This document shows positions 28,602 through 38,210 of a stretch of DNA of 64,000 nt, piece after piece (the stretch's first letter is position 1; every line of letters starts with the position of its first letter). The notes below the pieces were generated by a model. The model saw nothing but the letters and a program-made list of their open reading frames with translations. It was not told where the DNA came from and did not search any database. The position numbers were made by a program, and so were the translations under genes. Origin of the DNA: Firmicutes bacterium UBA4881 (lineage in GTDB: Bacteria > Bacillota > DTU065); assembly GCA_002399235.1 (NCBI GenBank), contig DHDH01000001.1:24594-88593 (forward strand), in the 5' to 3' direction.

Positions 28602-31600
28602 ATGCATTATATTTGGGCGTTAGTTTTATTCTTGCTTCTTTCGTCTCCGATTTTAGCTACTGATGTGGTGCCTAAAGTAGGAGTTTATATTAGTAAAGAA
28701 GATATTATTAATGCTAGAGAGTTAGCTAACACTAAAGGATGGGCGAAAGCGGAAAAGGATAGAATTATTGCTGTAGCTGATAAGTGGGTTGATGTACCTG
28801 ATGAATATATTAGAAGTATAATGCCCCAGGAAAGAGCAATTTTTGCTTATGGTATAGCTGGTTGCCCAGATCATAATGTTACCTGGACCAATTTTGGTGG
28901 CAATGGTATTGCTGATCTTTCCCAGCCTCTAACTTTAAAATGTCCTGCTGGGCATATTATTGACTTTAATAACCCCGAGAGTAAATACTACGATAGTGGT
29001 AACGGTGTATATATCGATAACAGGCGTTTCTTCTTCCGTGGGGTATGGAATGCCTTTGTTGTCGATACTTTCACAGGCCAAGGATCGGATGCAGGTGCCC
29101 TACATCAACTAGCCTATGCTTATGCTTTAACTGGAGAGGACCAATATGCTAAAAAAGCAGCTATTATTTTTGATGCTCTAGCTCATCTATCTCCCACTAC
29201 TAAAGGACCTCGAGATTTCCATGTAGATGATAAGGCTATAGCTGGTAGATTACATTTTTTAACTTCAATAGTTCATCGCTCCAAAGTGCATTTTGTCCGA
29301 AGTTTTGATCTACTATACAATAATCCTGCTATGCAGGCTAAATCTTATTATAACGATCAGACTATTGCTCAAAATGTAGCTAAAGGTATTTTAGAGGATT
29401 ATATGTTTGTAGAGTTTGATCTGAGAAATGGTAAGCTGACAACGATGCATAATCATGAATCAGATGAATTGAGAGGTATGCTAGCTACAGGTTTAGTACT
29501 TGGTAATCCCGATTATATCCGGTGGGGAATTCAAGCTGCTTCTTATTTTTTCGAAAACACAATAGATCGAGATGGCCTTTACTACGAAGGCTCTCCTTCA
29601 TATGCGAATTTTACGCAGACAGTGTTTTCTGATATTGCTGAGTTGGCTTATTATTACAATCCAGAGAACTATGATCTAGAGGGTTTACCAGAGAGAGTAA
29701 ACTTTTATGATCACCCTAAACTTAGGGAGTTTTTAGCTGAGATGAGAAATAAATTAGATATTGCTGGCCACTTTGCGAGTTATGGTAATGCTTCTTCTGA
29801 TAGATTAAGGATTGAGGTGGGAGCAAGAACCATTGATGGTAAAGAATTTCTTTTACTAGATCAGCTCTACCACCGGACTGAAATTCCTGAGTTAAAAGAG
29901 ATTTATAAAGAAAAGGTTTTAGAGTATAGCCAAGGAAATCCTGACCAAAGGCGTTCAGGAACCTGGGCACTATTCCATGTAAAACCGGAGGCTTACCCAG
30001 AGGTAGAACGTTTTCGTCAGACAGATCAAGCGAAAACAGCTTATTACGCGGGACCTAGTTTAGCTATTTTAGGCTCCGGAGAAGGCAGAGAAAGGCGAGG
30101 CCTGCTACTAAGAGGCGGACCGAATCTACCTCACTCTCATGATGATGCACTAGCCCTTTTTTACTATGATAAAGGTTACCTCTTAACCCAAGATAATGGT
30201 TACAACATCTTTGGTTCACCTCTGCATTCAGGCTGGGGCTCCCAAGCTGTGAGCCACAACCTAGTTGTAGTTGATAATGATAAATATCGTAAAGGGTGGT
30301 ATAAAAACACTCCAGGAGCAGAAATCTTAGGTTTTGCCAATTTAGATGGACTCAAGTATGTTCATCTAGACGCACCTTACCAGTTCCCAACTTCAGCATT
30401 TATTAAGGAATATAGCAGGCAGACTGCTCTGATCGATATCGATAATAGAAATTCTTATGTTGTTGATGTCTTTACTGTGAGAGGTGGCCAAAGACATGAT
30501 TATGTTTTCCACACCGCAGCACCAATTTTAGAAACCGATTTAGAGTTTAATGAAATTGAAGGTGTTTGGACTTTAGGTGGTTTAGATTACCCCGAAGCTA
30601 GTTTCAATAAAGAAGGCCAAAGCTGGGGCGAAAGAATATTGCCTGGCGATATGATTAAAGATATTGGTATTCCTAGCGAAGGTGTCAAATCAATGTACTG
30701 GAATCCAGCACCACAAAATGGATATGGTTTTATTTACAAATTGCAAGCAGGTACCTTAGAAGAAAATATGATTGAAGCGCGCTTCAAGTTTTATGATGGT
30801 ACTGATACCACCTTAACCAATAGGTTATTCTTCGATAGGGAGAGTAAACTTTATAAAGGTCTCGGGCCTAATTTGGCTGGCAAAGAAAAATACCCCTATC
30901 TTATTCTTAGAAGCGAAGCTTCCAAGAATTTAGAGAGTAGAGTTATATCTATAATGGACGCTTCTTTTGGAAGCTCAAACTTAGAAGAAGTAAACAGAGT
31001 AGATAACAACGCCTTCGAAATAGCCTTTTACGATGGCCAGAAACACTATCTCCTCTTAAATGGTGGGAAGTCTAATACACCAATTGGATCTGTAACAAGT
31101 ACTGCTGAACTCGCGTTGGTAAAATTTGCTGATAATGAGCTTAAAGAAATTTTATTGGTAGGTGGCGGTTTATTACAGGTAAATGATCAACCTCTACTAG
31201 AGAACAAAGTTCAAGAAGTAGAAATTATGGCTGTCGACTATAATAAGTCGGAGATAACATTGGCAGGACATTTAGAAAGCCAAAAAGGTGAGCTCGTAGC
31301 GATTGATAGCCGAAGTTATGTTCGTAATACAACCTACACTATTAAAGAAGTTAAGTATGAAGATAATAAAACAATTCTTGCTCTAGAAGGTTCACTGGTT
31401 TTAGCCAAAGGAAAAGTAGAAAAAGGAACTAGACATTTAACTTTAAATGTACCTTTACCAACAGGATTTTCTTATTCCGATTCTACTCGCTATTTAAATG
31501 GCAAATTGTTTATTAGAGAAAAAACAGGTGAAGGACAGAAGATAAAATCTGTAACAGGTTTTAAAGCAGTTTCTATCAATAGTGATATACCTTTTGAGCC

Positions 31601-31679
31601 TCAAGATAGTTTTCTCATAGTTGATATCAAAGTTGGCGATATACTTACTACACTACCAAAATTGCACTGGACTAAGTAA
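28602..31679 (+). CDS. Exported heparinase II/III-family polysaccharide lyase
   Basis: Signal peptide, LAYAYALTG, HNH, DGLYYEGSPSY, HSHDD, SHNLVVVD. Confidence 0.8.
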   Translation: MHYIWALVLFLLLSSPILATDVVPKVGVYISKEDIINARELANTKGWAKAEKDRIIAVADKWVDVPDEYIRSIMPQERAIFAYGIAGCPDHNVTWTNFGGNGIADLSQPLTLKCPAGHIIDFNNPESKYYDSGNGVYIDNRRFFFRGVWNAFVVDTFTGQGSDAGALHQLAYAYALTGEDQYAKKAAIIFDALAHLSPTTKGPRDFHVDDKAIAGRLHFLTSIVHRSKVHFVRSFDLLYNNPAMQAKSYYNDQTIAQNVAKGILEDYMFVEFDLRNGKLTTMHNHESDELRGMLATGLVLGNPDYIRWGIQAASYFFENTIDRDGLYYEGSPSYANFTQTVFSDIAELAYYYNPENYDLEGLPERVNFYDHPKLREFLAEMRNKLDIAGHFASYGNASSDRLRIEVGARTIDGKEFLLLDQLYHRTEIPELKEIYKEKVLEYSQGNPDQRRSGTWALFHVKPEAYPEVERFRQTDQAKTAYYAGPSLAILGSGEGRERRGLLLRGGPNLPHSHDDALALFYYDKGYLLTQDNGYNIFGSPLHSGWGSQAVSHNLVVVDNDKYRKGWYKNTPGAEILGFANLDGLKYVHLDAPYQFPTSAFIKEYSRQTALIDIDNRNSYVVDVFTVRGGQRHDYVFHTAAPILETDLEFNEIEGVWTLGGLDYPEASFNKEGQSWGERILPGDMIKDIGIPSEGVKSMYWNPAPQNGYGFIYKLQAGTLEENMIEARFKFYDGTDTTLTNRLFFDRESKLYKGLGPNLAGKEKYPYLILRSEASKNLESRVISIMDASFGSSNLEEVNRVDNNAFEIAFYDGQKHYLLLNGGKSNTPIGSVTSTAELALVKFADNELKEILLVGGGLLQVNDQPLLENKVQEVEIMAVDYNKSEITLAGHLESQKGELVAIDSRSYVRNTTYTIKEVKYEDNKTILALEGSLVLAKGKVEKGTRHLTLNVPLPTGFSYSDSTRYLNGKLFIREKTGEGQKIKSVTGFKAVSINSDIPFEPQDSFLIVDIKVGDILTTLPKLHWTK

Positions 31680-31683
31680 CAAC

Positions 31684-31711
31684 AAGGAGGCAGACCTTAG
31701 GTCTGCCTCCT
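31684..31711 (+). terminator. Intrinsic terminator
   Basis: AGGAGGCAGACC / GGTCTGCCTCCT hairpin. Confidence 0.75.
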
Positions 31712-31918
31712 ATTTATCTATCTTTTACAGTAGAGACAAAAAATCTGGATTTGAGGCGTTATCTAACTAAGTAGACCAAGCACAAATGGCTATTAGAAGG
31801 CATAAAATTAATACTAGCTTGATTAGAGAAAATAAGTAACTACCTTAATTTTGTTCTGAGAACTTTCGTTATGATTAGCACTGAGGGTTAAAAATAAAAA
31901 ATTAGGGAAGTGAGCTAG

Positions 31919-32194
31919 ATGACACCTAAGGAAGAGTTATATTCGTTATTAAAGCATTATCATGCTAACGCCTGTAGTACAAAAACCTTTTGTGATCAGT
32001 TTACAGTTATCTACCATTTGGAGCTTAATAAGGGGATTTTAACTCCTTTAGAGCAAAAGTTATTTAAAGAACTTGTCGATATTGCCACCCGCTATGTTCC
32101 TGGTAAATCAGAAGCTCAAGCCACAGGTATTTTTACTAGTGAAAAAAGAGTTAAGGATAAAGCAGAAGAAGTTTATAAAAGTTTAATAAGCTAA
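31919..32194 (+). CDS. Small protein, colicin-D-immunity-like helical bundle
   Basis: 91 aa with pattern L..Y......TFCDQF..Y....L...E..LF.EL......Y.P...SE..VK..AEEVY. RBS and downstream hairpin at 32277-32310. Confidence 0.5.
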   Translation: MTPKEELYSLLKHYHANACSTKTFCDQFTVIYHLELNKGILTPLEQKLFKELVDIATRYVPGKSEAQATGIFTSEKRVKDKAEEVYKSLIS

Positions 32195-32480
32195 ACTAAC
32201 TCTTGTTTTAACTTTTTAAAAAAATTTAAGAACGCAATTTGGGAATATTACATCATATACCTAGGGTTAAATGACCTATAGCTTTCTTGATATTAATCGA
32301 GAAAGCTATATTTTTTGGAGTAAGATTGGCAGTTATTTGGTTAGTAACAGTGGGTTTTCTTTAAATTTAGTTAAGGGACAAGACTAAAGACAATCCATTC
32401 AAATATATATAAATTGAATGCAGGCAATAGATAGTAGACATCAGAGCAAAATAAATATTTTAATAATTTGTAATATAGGA

Positions 32481-32507
32481 TGTAACTTTTTCTAAATTAA
32501 ACCGTTT
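32481..32507 (+). promoter_or_regulatory. ECF sigma-factor promoter
   Basis: TGTAAC-N16 (T-rich start)-CGTTT upstream of exporter operon 2. Confidence 0.55.
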
Positions 32508-32578
32508 CTATAATAGAAGGATAAACTTAAAAATTTTTTACAGAAAACTAACCCCATAACCAAAGGAGTGTGAGATGA

Positions 32579-33877
32579 ATGAGTTTTAGTGACTTGTTAA
32601 GGTTAAGTAGTAAACAGTTAAGAGCAAGAAAAATTGAGACGATGTTGATTGTTTTAGCTGTAGCCTTAAGTGTTCTAGTTTTAGCTGTAATTCTCTCCCC
32701 CCTTTATGTTAGTAGATTACCTGTAAAAGACATTAGAGATTTTATTGTGACAGTTAATCAAAGTGCATCTAATATTAACAATGAACTTTTAAATGGTTCC
32801 GGTTTTCCTTTAATTCGCTATGATATTCCCGATGATCCTAGTTCACATAGACTAACTATAGAAGAAGTTGAAGAGATCTTTCAAGCGATTCCAGAAAGTA
32901 AGTTTTATTTCTCAGGTAGTAGATCAGGTTCTAGAATAAGAGGTTATAATCAGTATCTTCCCTCATCCTTTTCCCAAAGTTCTAATATAGGATATCAGGG
33001 TGGTATGCTATCGCTTACGCCTTTAACCCCCGAGGCGATTTATGGGCTAGAACTTAAATTAGCATCTGGTTCGCTCTATACAAAAGAAGATTATCTAAAT
33101 AACAAACCTTATATCATTCTCGGCTCAGATTTAGCTAAAAGTTTATTTCCAAGCGAAAATCCCATTGGCAAAACCGTTGAAACTATATCTGTGAACTCTC
33201 CTACCTTTACGGTTTTAGGAGTATTAGAACCAGTTTCTTTTGACTCGGATGATAAAAAATATAGTGCTGTCAACAATCTTCTTAAAGACATTAATCAAAT
33301 GGCTATTAGTAGCTATACAAGTGTGATTCCTCCTGAACAAGGACCAACTTATAGTGTTGTATTATTCTACCCTAAAACCCCCTCTCTAAAATTACAAAAT
33401 CAGATTGCATCTTATCTTAAAAAACACTATAAAGGCTTCTTTAATGCTTCTTGTCCCTATGCTTTGTATAGTTCAGCGATGAAGAATTGGCAAAAATCTT
33501 ACCTTGTTCTAGGCATAATCGCTACTTTAATTCTACTCATTGCTTGTATAAATATTATGAATTTGTTTTTTGTTCGTATTGCCAAACAAAATAGAAGCAT
33601 TGGTCTGAATGTGGCTCTTGGTGCAACTAAAAAGACCATATTTTCTCAATACCTAGTTACTGCAATCATACAAGGTCTACTTGGTGGTTTTCTAGGTGTT
33701 TTAATTTTTTGGTGTATCTCTAAAACTGGCCTTAGGCAAACTTTCCATCTTGTTTTCAATATTCAAGCAATCCTTTGGGGTATTGCTTCTGGTATTTTTA
33801 TGAGCTTAGTTTTCGGTATCTATCCAGCAGTAGTAGCAGCGAGTACAAGTCCTGTTGATGCTCTCCGAATGGAATAA
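32579..33877 (+). CDS. MacB/FtsX-family ABC permease
   Basis: RSIGLNVALGA and GIYPAVVAASTSPVDALR. Paralog of 15021-16295. Confidence 0.92.
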   Translation: MSFSDLLRLSSKQLRARKIETMLIVLAVALSVLVLAVILSPLYVSRLPVKDIRDFIVTVNQSASNINNELLNGSGFPLIRYDIPDDPSSHRLTIEEVEEIFQAIPESKFYFSGSRSGSRIRGYNQYLPSSFSQSSNIGYQGGMLSLTPLTPEAIYGLELKLASGSLYTKEDYLNNKPYIILGSDLAKSLFPSENPIGKTVETISVNSPTFTVLGVLEPVSFDSDDKKYSAVNNLLKDINQMAISSYTSVIPPEQGPTYSVVLFYPKTPSLKLQNQIASYLKKHYKGFFNASCPYALYSSAMKNWQKSYLVLGIIATLILLIACINIMNLFFVRIAKQNRSIGLNVALGATKKTIFSQYLVTAIIQGLLGGFLGVLIFWCISKTGLRQTFHLVFNIQAILWGIASGIFMSLVFGIYPAVVAASTSPVDALRME

Positions 33878-33896
33878 ACTTAGGAGGTGTATATCA

Positions 33897-35147
33897 GTGT
33901 CGATTTTTCGCAAAGGACTATACCTGTTTAAGAAAGATTCCGTAAGAACTATTCTCACAGTTAGTCAATTTGCCTTGGGAATAGCGGTAGCTTTAATTGT
34001 AGTAAATATAAGCGTAAGCTTAAGTAGATTTACTTTAGAAGCACAGACCTATTTTAACCCTGATTTTGGTATCTACACCGCCTCGTCAAATACAAGTTTA
34101 CTTGGTCCTATTACTAATAGTTATGGTCGTCCACTACCTCCACCGCAATTTGCTGACCAAATTAGCCTTGATTCTAGTGTAATAGCAGCAACTAATTTGC
34201 TTCGAGACAACAAAAAAATTACTGCTAACGGTATTAGCTATATCACAATAACTCACCAGGGTATCTCTACTTTACCTGAAGTAATCCCCATAAAATTTCT
34301 GCATGGGTCGTATTTTTCCGAAGATGAAGAGAATAACCAGGTTGCAGTTATCTCTGAGTCATTAGCTCGAGCTCTTTTTGGCCAAACCAATGTAATTGGT
34401 AAAAAAATAATGACCGAGAAATACACCTACACTCCATTTTATAGTTCCATGAAATATCCTCAAACAGAATACACAATAGTAGGAGTCTACCAAGATTTTC
34501 CCTTTATAGCTAGACAGGTTTTAGATAAGATTAACTTTATTCATACCAAAGCGGAAGATAATACTATTATCCAAAGTGCTGGGACAATTTACCTTAAAGC
34601 ACAGAAAGATAGATTAGTTGAGGCTGAAAAAGTATTAGAAAAGTTAGCTAAAGATTACTACGGTGAAGAGGCTAAGATCCAGCCAATTAATATCAAAGAG
34701 AAAATATCTTATAGTCTGGCTAGAGGCTTATCGTTAAAGAACCACTTTAACCTTATTGCTATTTTTGCTGTAATTGTGAGCTCTATTGGTATCCTTAGTG
34801 TGATGGTTGCTTTTGTAGCTGATAGAGCTAAAGAAATCGGTGTAAAGCGAGCTTTAGGAGCTAGCAAAGCGACTATCTTTCTGGAGATAATAATGAATAC
34901 ATTATACTTAACATCTTTTGGTGCTATAATTGGCATTTTGATTGCTTTACTCACCTCGCCAATTTTATATGCAGAGTTAACAGATTCTATATCGCAATTA
35001 CAGACCTTTAGTAGTACTGATTTTGCTCTCTTACCAAGTTCAATTCTTATAGTATTCTTAGCAGCCTGTCTAATAGGCGTTGTCTTTGGTATCTATCCTG
35101 CATTGCTGGCAGCGAATCTTCCTCCATCAGAAGCTTTACGGGAATGA
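33897..35147 (+). CDS. MacB/FtsX-family ABC permease
   Basis: DRAKEIGVKRALGA and GIYPA..PSEALR. GTG 33897 after AGGAGG. Paralog of 13775-15004. Confidence 0.92.
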   Translation: MSIFRKGLYLFKKDSVRTILTVSQFALGIAVALIVVNISVSLSRFTLEAQTYFNPDFGIYTASSNTSLLGPITNSYGRPLPPPQFADQISLDSSVIAATNLLRDNKKITANGISYITITHQGISTLPEVIPIKFLHGSYFSEDEENNQVAVISESLARALFGQTNVIGKKIMTEKYTYTPFYSSMKYPQTEYTIVGVYQDFPFIARQVLDKINFIHTKAEDNTIIQSAGTIYLKAQKDRLVEAEKVLEKLAKDYYGEEAKIQPINIKEKISYSLARGLSLKNHFNLIAIFAVIVSSIGILSVMVAFVADRAKEIGVKRALGASKATIFLEIIMNTLYLTSFGAIIGILIALLTSPILYAELTDSISQLQTFSSTDFALLPSSILIVFLAACLIGVVFGIYPALLAANLPPSEALRE

Positions 35148-36460
35148 GGGGTGAAGGTAAATTGGATAAATACCAACCGATTATTAGGGAAAAACCGAAA
35201 AACCCGAGAAAAAGCCAGCAAACAAAGCTAATCCTGTTTATTCTTCTAGGTATCACGGTTTTAATAACGGTACCTATCTACTTGTTTCTACCTCAAAATC
35301 AAACTTATAAGCTTTACGATTATACTTACTCCACTGTTAAGACTAGGACTTTCCGCGAATATATAACTGTAGCTGGCCAGATTAACGCTCGTAAAGTAGT
35401 TAACCTTACTGCTCCATTTAAAGGTTGGCTAGAAGAGATCTATGTTAAAACTGGTGATTTGGTAGCTGAAGGTGATTTACTATTTAGGTTAGTTTCAGAT
35501 GACCTAGATAAAGAACTGGTAGAGGTAACCGAAAATCTAGCTAAAGCAACTAATGACTTGGAAAGATCTAAATTAGATCTCATGATCGAAACCCAAAGAT
35601 TTGCTAAAGATGCCAGGGAGCGCAATAACCAAATTAATCAGCTTGAATCTACATTGAAAGAAAAAGAAGCGCTTTTTGAACTAGGAGCCCTTAGTAAAAA
35701 AGAGTTAAATAATGCTATTGAAGCTTTTGAATCAGCAAAACTTGATCAAAGTATTAAACAATTGACTTCGGAAAAAACTCTTCTAGCTGCTAAAATGTCC
35801 TTAACAAATTCAGAAAAACAGTATCGCCTGGCTCAAGAAAAACTTGCTGAAATTAATCTCCTAATTAGTAATAAAGAAATTAAAAGTCCGATCGCAGGGA
35901 AGATATTAGAAACTACCGATCTAAAAGATTCTGAGGTTAATACAAGTAATATTCTCGCGAAGATTGCCACTATTAATAATCCTTATGTACAAATCTTCAT
36001 CCCTACTACAGAAAGCGAAAAGATAATAAATGGTTTACCTGTAACCATTAAAACAACAACCTCTAATTACAAAGGATATGTAGATAAAGTTGCTCTCAAT
36101 ATCCAAAACCATACAACCTTAGGTCCTACTGTTGTCGGGACTGTACTTTTTAAGGAAAACCCAGAATTTATCATTCCTGGTACCGAATGTAAAGTGGAGA
36201 TAGAACTAGGTAGTAGAGATAGTGTTTTGTATCTTCCCCGTGGTCCTTATATAAGTACAGGATCTAGTATGAATGCTTACACCATTAAAGATAATAAAGC
36301 AAACAAAACTCCAGTACGTTTAGGTGTTTTCGATGGTAGTGATGTAGAAATTATCGAAGGGTTAGAGGCTGGAGACGTTGTTATTACAAGTTCATATGAG
36401 GACTTTATCGAGTTTTACCAAATAGAGATAGATCCAAGAGGAGGGCGTAAAAATGATTAA
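35144..36460 (+). CDS. MacA/HlyD-family periplasmic adaptor
   Basis: TM helix, GDLVAEGDLL, SPIAGKI, LPRGPY, GLEAGDVVITSSYE. Confidence 0.9.
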   Translation: MRGEGKLDKYQPIIREKPKNPRKSQQTKLILFILLGITVLITVPIYLFLPQNQTYKLYDYTYSTVKTRTFREYITVAGQINARKVVNLTAPFKGWLEEIYVKTGDLVAEGDLLFRLVSDDLDKELVEVTENLAKATNDLERSKLDLMIETQRFAKDARERNNQINQLESTLKEKEALFELGALSKKELNNAIEAFESAKLDQSIKQLTSEKTLLAAKMSLTNSEKQYRLAQEKLAEINLLISNKEIKSPIAGKILETTDLKDSEVNTSNILAKIATINNPYVQIFIPTTESEKIINGLPVTIKTTTSNYKGYVDKVALNIQNHTTLGPTVVGTVLFKENPEFIIPGTECKVEIELGSRDSVLYLPRGPYISTGSSMNAYTIKDNKANKTPVRLGVFDGSDVEIIEGLEAGDVVITSSYEDFIEFYQIEIDPRGGRKND

Positions 36461-37178
36461 GTTAGACAACATTGTCAAGCTATATTCATTAGGCGATAAT
36501 ATTATTCGAGCTTTAGACGGAGTCACTCTATCTATTGAACGTGAAGATTTTATCTCCATAATGGGCCCATCTGGTTCTGGAAAGTCTACGTTGTTACACA
36601 TTTTAGGTTGTTTAGATCTACCCACAAGTGGTGCTTATTATCTAGAAGATGTAGATATATCCCACCTAAGTGATAAAGAAATATCGCGAATTCGCAATCA
36701 GCATTTTGGTTTTATTTTCCAAGCTTATAATTTGCTTCCAGAGTTAAACGCTTTAGAGAATGTTGAACTACCGATGATCTACAAAAAGATATCCCTTAAA
36801 GAGCGGAAAGAAATTGCTAAATCATTATTAGACAAAGTTGGTCTAGCACATCGCATAAAGCACTTCCCCTCACAATTATCAGGTGGAGAGCAACAAAGGG
36901 TAGCTATAGCTCGTGCACTTGCTAATAATCCTACTTTGATTCTTGCCGATGAACCTACTGGTAATTTGCCTAGCGAACATGGTGAAGAGATTATGGAAAT
37001 GCTGTGTCAGTTAAACGAAGAAAGCTCTACGATAATAGTTGTCACTCACGACCATAAAATCGGTTCTTATGCTAAAAAACTAATTCGATTAAAAGACGGT
37101 TTAATCGTCTATGAAAACGAGATAACAGAACGTTTTTCAGCTGAATATGTCTCGAAAATTGCTGCTTCCACAGTGTAG
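36453..37178 (+). CDS. MacB/LolD-type ABC ATP-binding protein
   Basis: [31 protein letters not shown]. Confidence 0.95.
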   Translation: MIKLDNIVKLYSLGDNIIRALDGVTLSIEREDFISIMGPSGSGKSTLLHILGCLDLPTSGAYYLEDVDISHLSDKEISRIRNQHFGFIFQAYNLLPELNALENVELPMIYKKISLKERKEIAKSLLDKVGLAHRIKHFPSQLSGGEQQRVAIARALANNPTLILADEPTGNLPSEHGEEIMEMLCQLNEESSTIIVVTHDHKIGSYAKKLIRLKDGLIVYENEITERFSAEYVSKIAASTV

Positions 37179-37188
37179 GAGGATGAAA

Positions 37189-38208
37189 ATGAGACATTTA
37201 GCTGTAATTATAAGTATCCTAGTGTTAAGTTTAAGCATGTCAGCAGAACTCCTTTCTTTAGATACGCTTATCGATGCAGCTGTTAAAATTTCGCCTAATA
37301 TTTTAAGTGCTGAGCTTACAATTGAAGATGCCGAGATCGAATTAAAACGTGCACTCTATAAAGAAACCACTCTACCTCCTAATACAATAAACGAAAAGAA
37401 AAAAGCTATTGAAAATGCCTGGTTTAACCTAGAAAAAACCAAAAAATTAGTTAATAAAGAGACTAGTAATATTGCTTTATCAGTTCTAAAAGCTCAACAT
37501 GGTCTAAGACAAAAAGAGATCTCCTTTTTAGAGGCTAAACGAGATCTAGAAATTGCAGTTGTAAAGTTTGATAGAGGAAGTATCTCCTTAAACGATCTGA
37601 TAGGTTTCGAAGATAAGTACACTTCTAGTAGTGATGCAAAAGAGCAAAGCAAAGAAACTTTAAAACTTGCTAAAGAAAAACTATGTCAACAGGTTGGTTT
37701 AGACTTTGACACAGAAATTGAAGTGGATTCTAAATTAGAGCCTCTGATCTTGAATATCTCTTTAGACGAGTTAATAGAAGCCAATAAGCGGTATGATTCT
37801 TCTTATCTTTCGGTAGTTAACTCTGTAAGTTTACGCGAAAGCGAACTAAAACAAATGCTCGAAGATAAAGAAGCTAATCTTACTATCCGCCAAAAAGAAA
37901 TTAGCCTAGAAAAAGCTAAGATTGATCTAAAAGCTAAAGAAAGTACGATTATCTCTAACTCCCGAACAACCTTATCGGCATATAACTCCCAGTTAAAAAA
38001 TCTAGAAAAGGCTGAAACTGAAGTTACAAAGGCTAAAAAACGTTTAAATGAAGCTTATAAGCAATACGAAGATGGTTTAATTACTTTAAATGACCTAGAA
38101 GACCGCCAATACCAAGAAGAGATAGCTTTAATGAAGCTTGTAGAAGCTAAATGGGACCTTCATTTAGCTAGTCTTTCGCTACAGATGGTTTTTGAAGGCG
38201 GTGATTGA
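37189..38208 (+). CDS. TolC-like protein apparently lacking beta-barrel strands
   Basis: Signal peptide; OEP-like helices (KFDRGSIS..DL, LCQQVGL, QYEDGLIT..DL). Paralog of 10698-11738. Confidence 0.7.
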   Translation: MRHLAVIISILVLSLSMSAELLSLDTLIDAAVKISPNILSAELTIEDAEIELKRALYKETTLPPNTINEKKKAIENAWFNLEKTKKLVNKETSNIALSVLKAQHGLRQKEISFLEAKRDLEIAVVKFDRGSISLNDLIGFEDKYTSSSDAKEQSKETLKLAKEKLCQQVGLDFDTEIEVDSKLEPLILNISLDELIEANKRYDSSYLSVVNSVSLRESELKQMLEDKEANLTIRQKEISLEKAKIDLKAKESTIISNSRTTLSAYNSQLKNLEKAETEVTKAKKRLNEAYKQYEDGLITLNDLEDRQYQEEIALMKLVEAKWDLHLASLSLQMVFEGGD

Positions 38209-38210
38209 TT

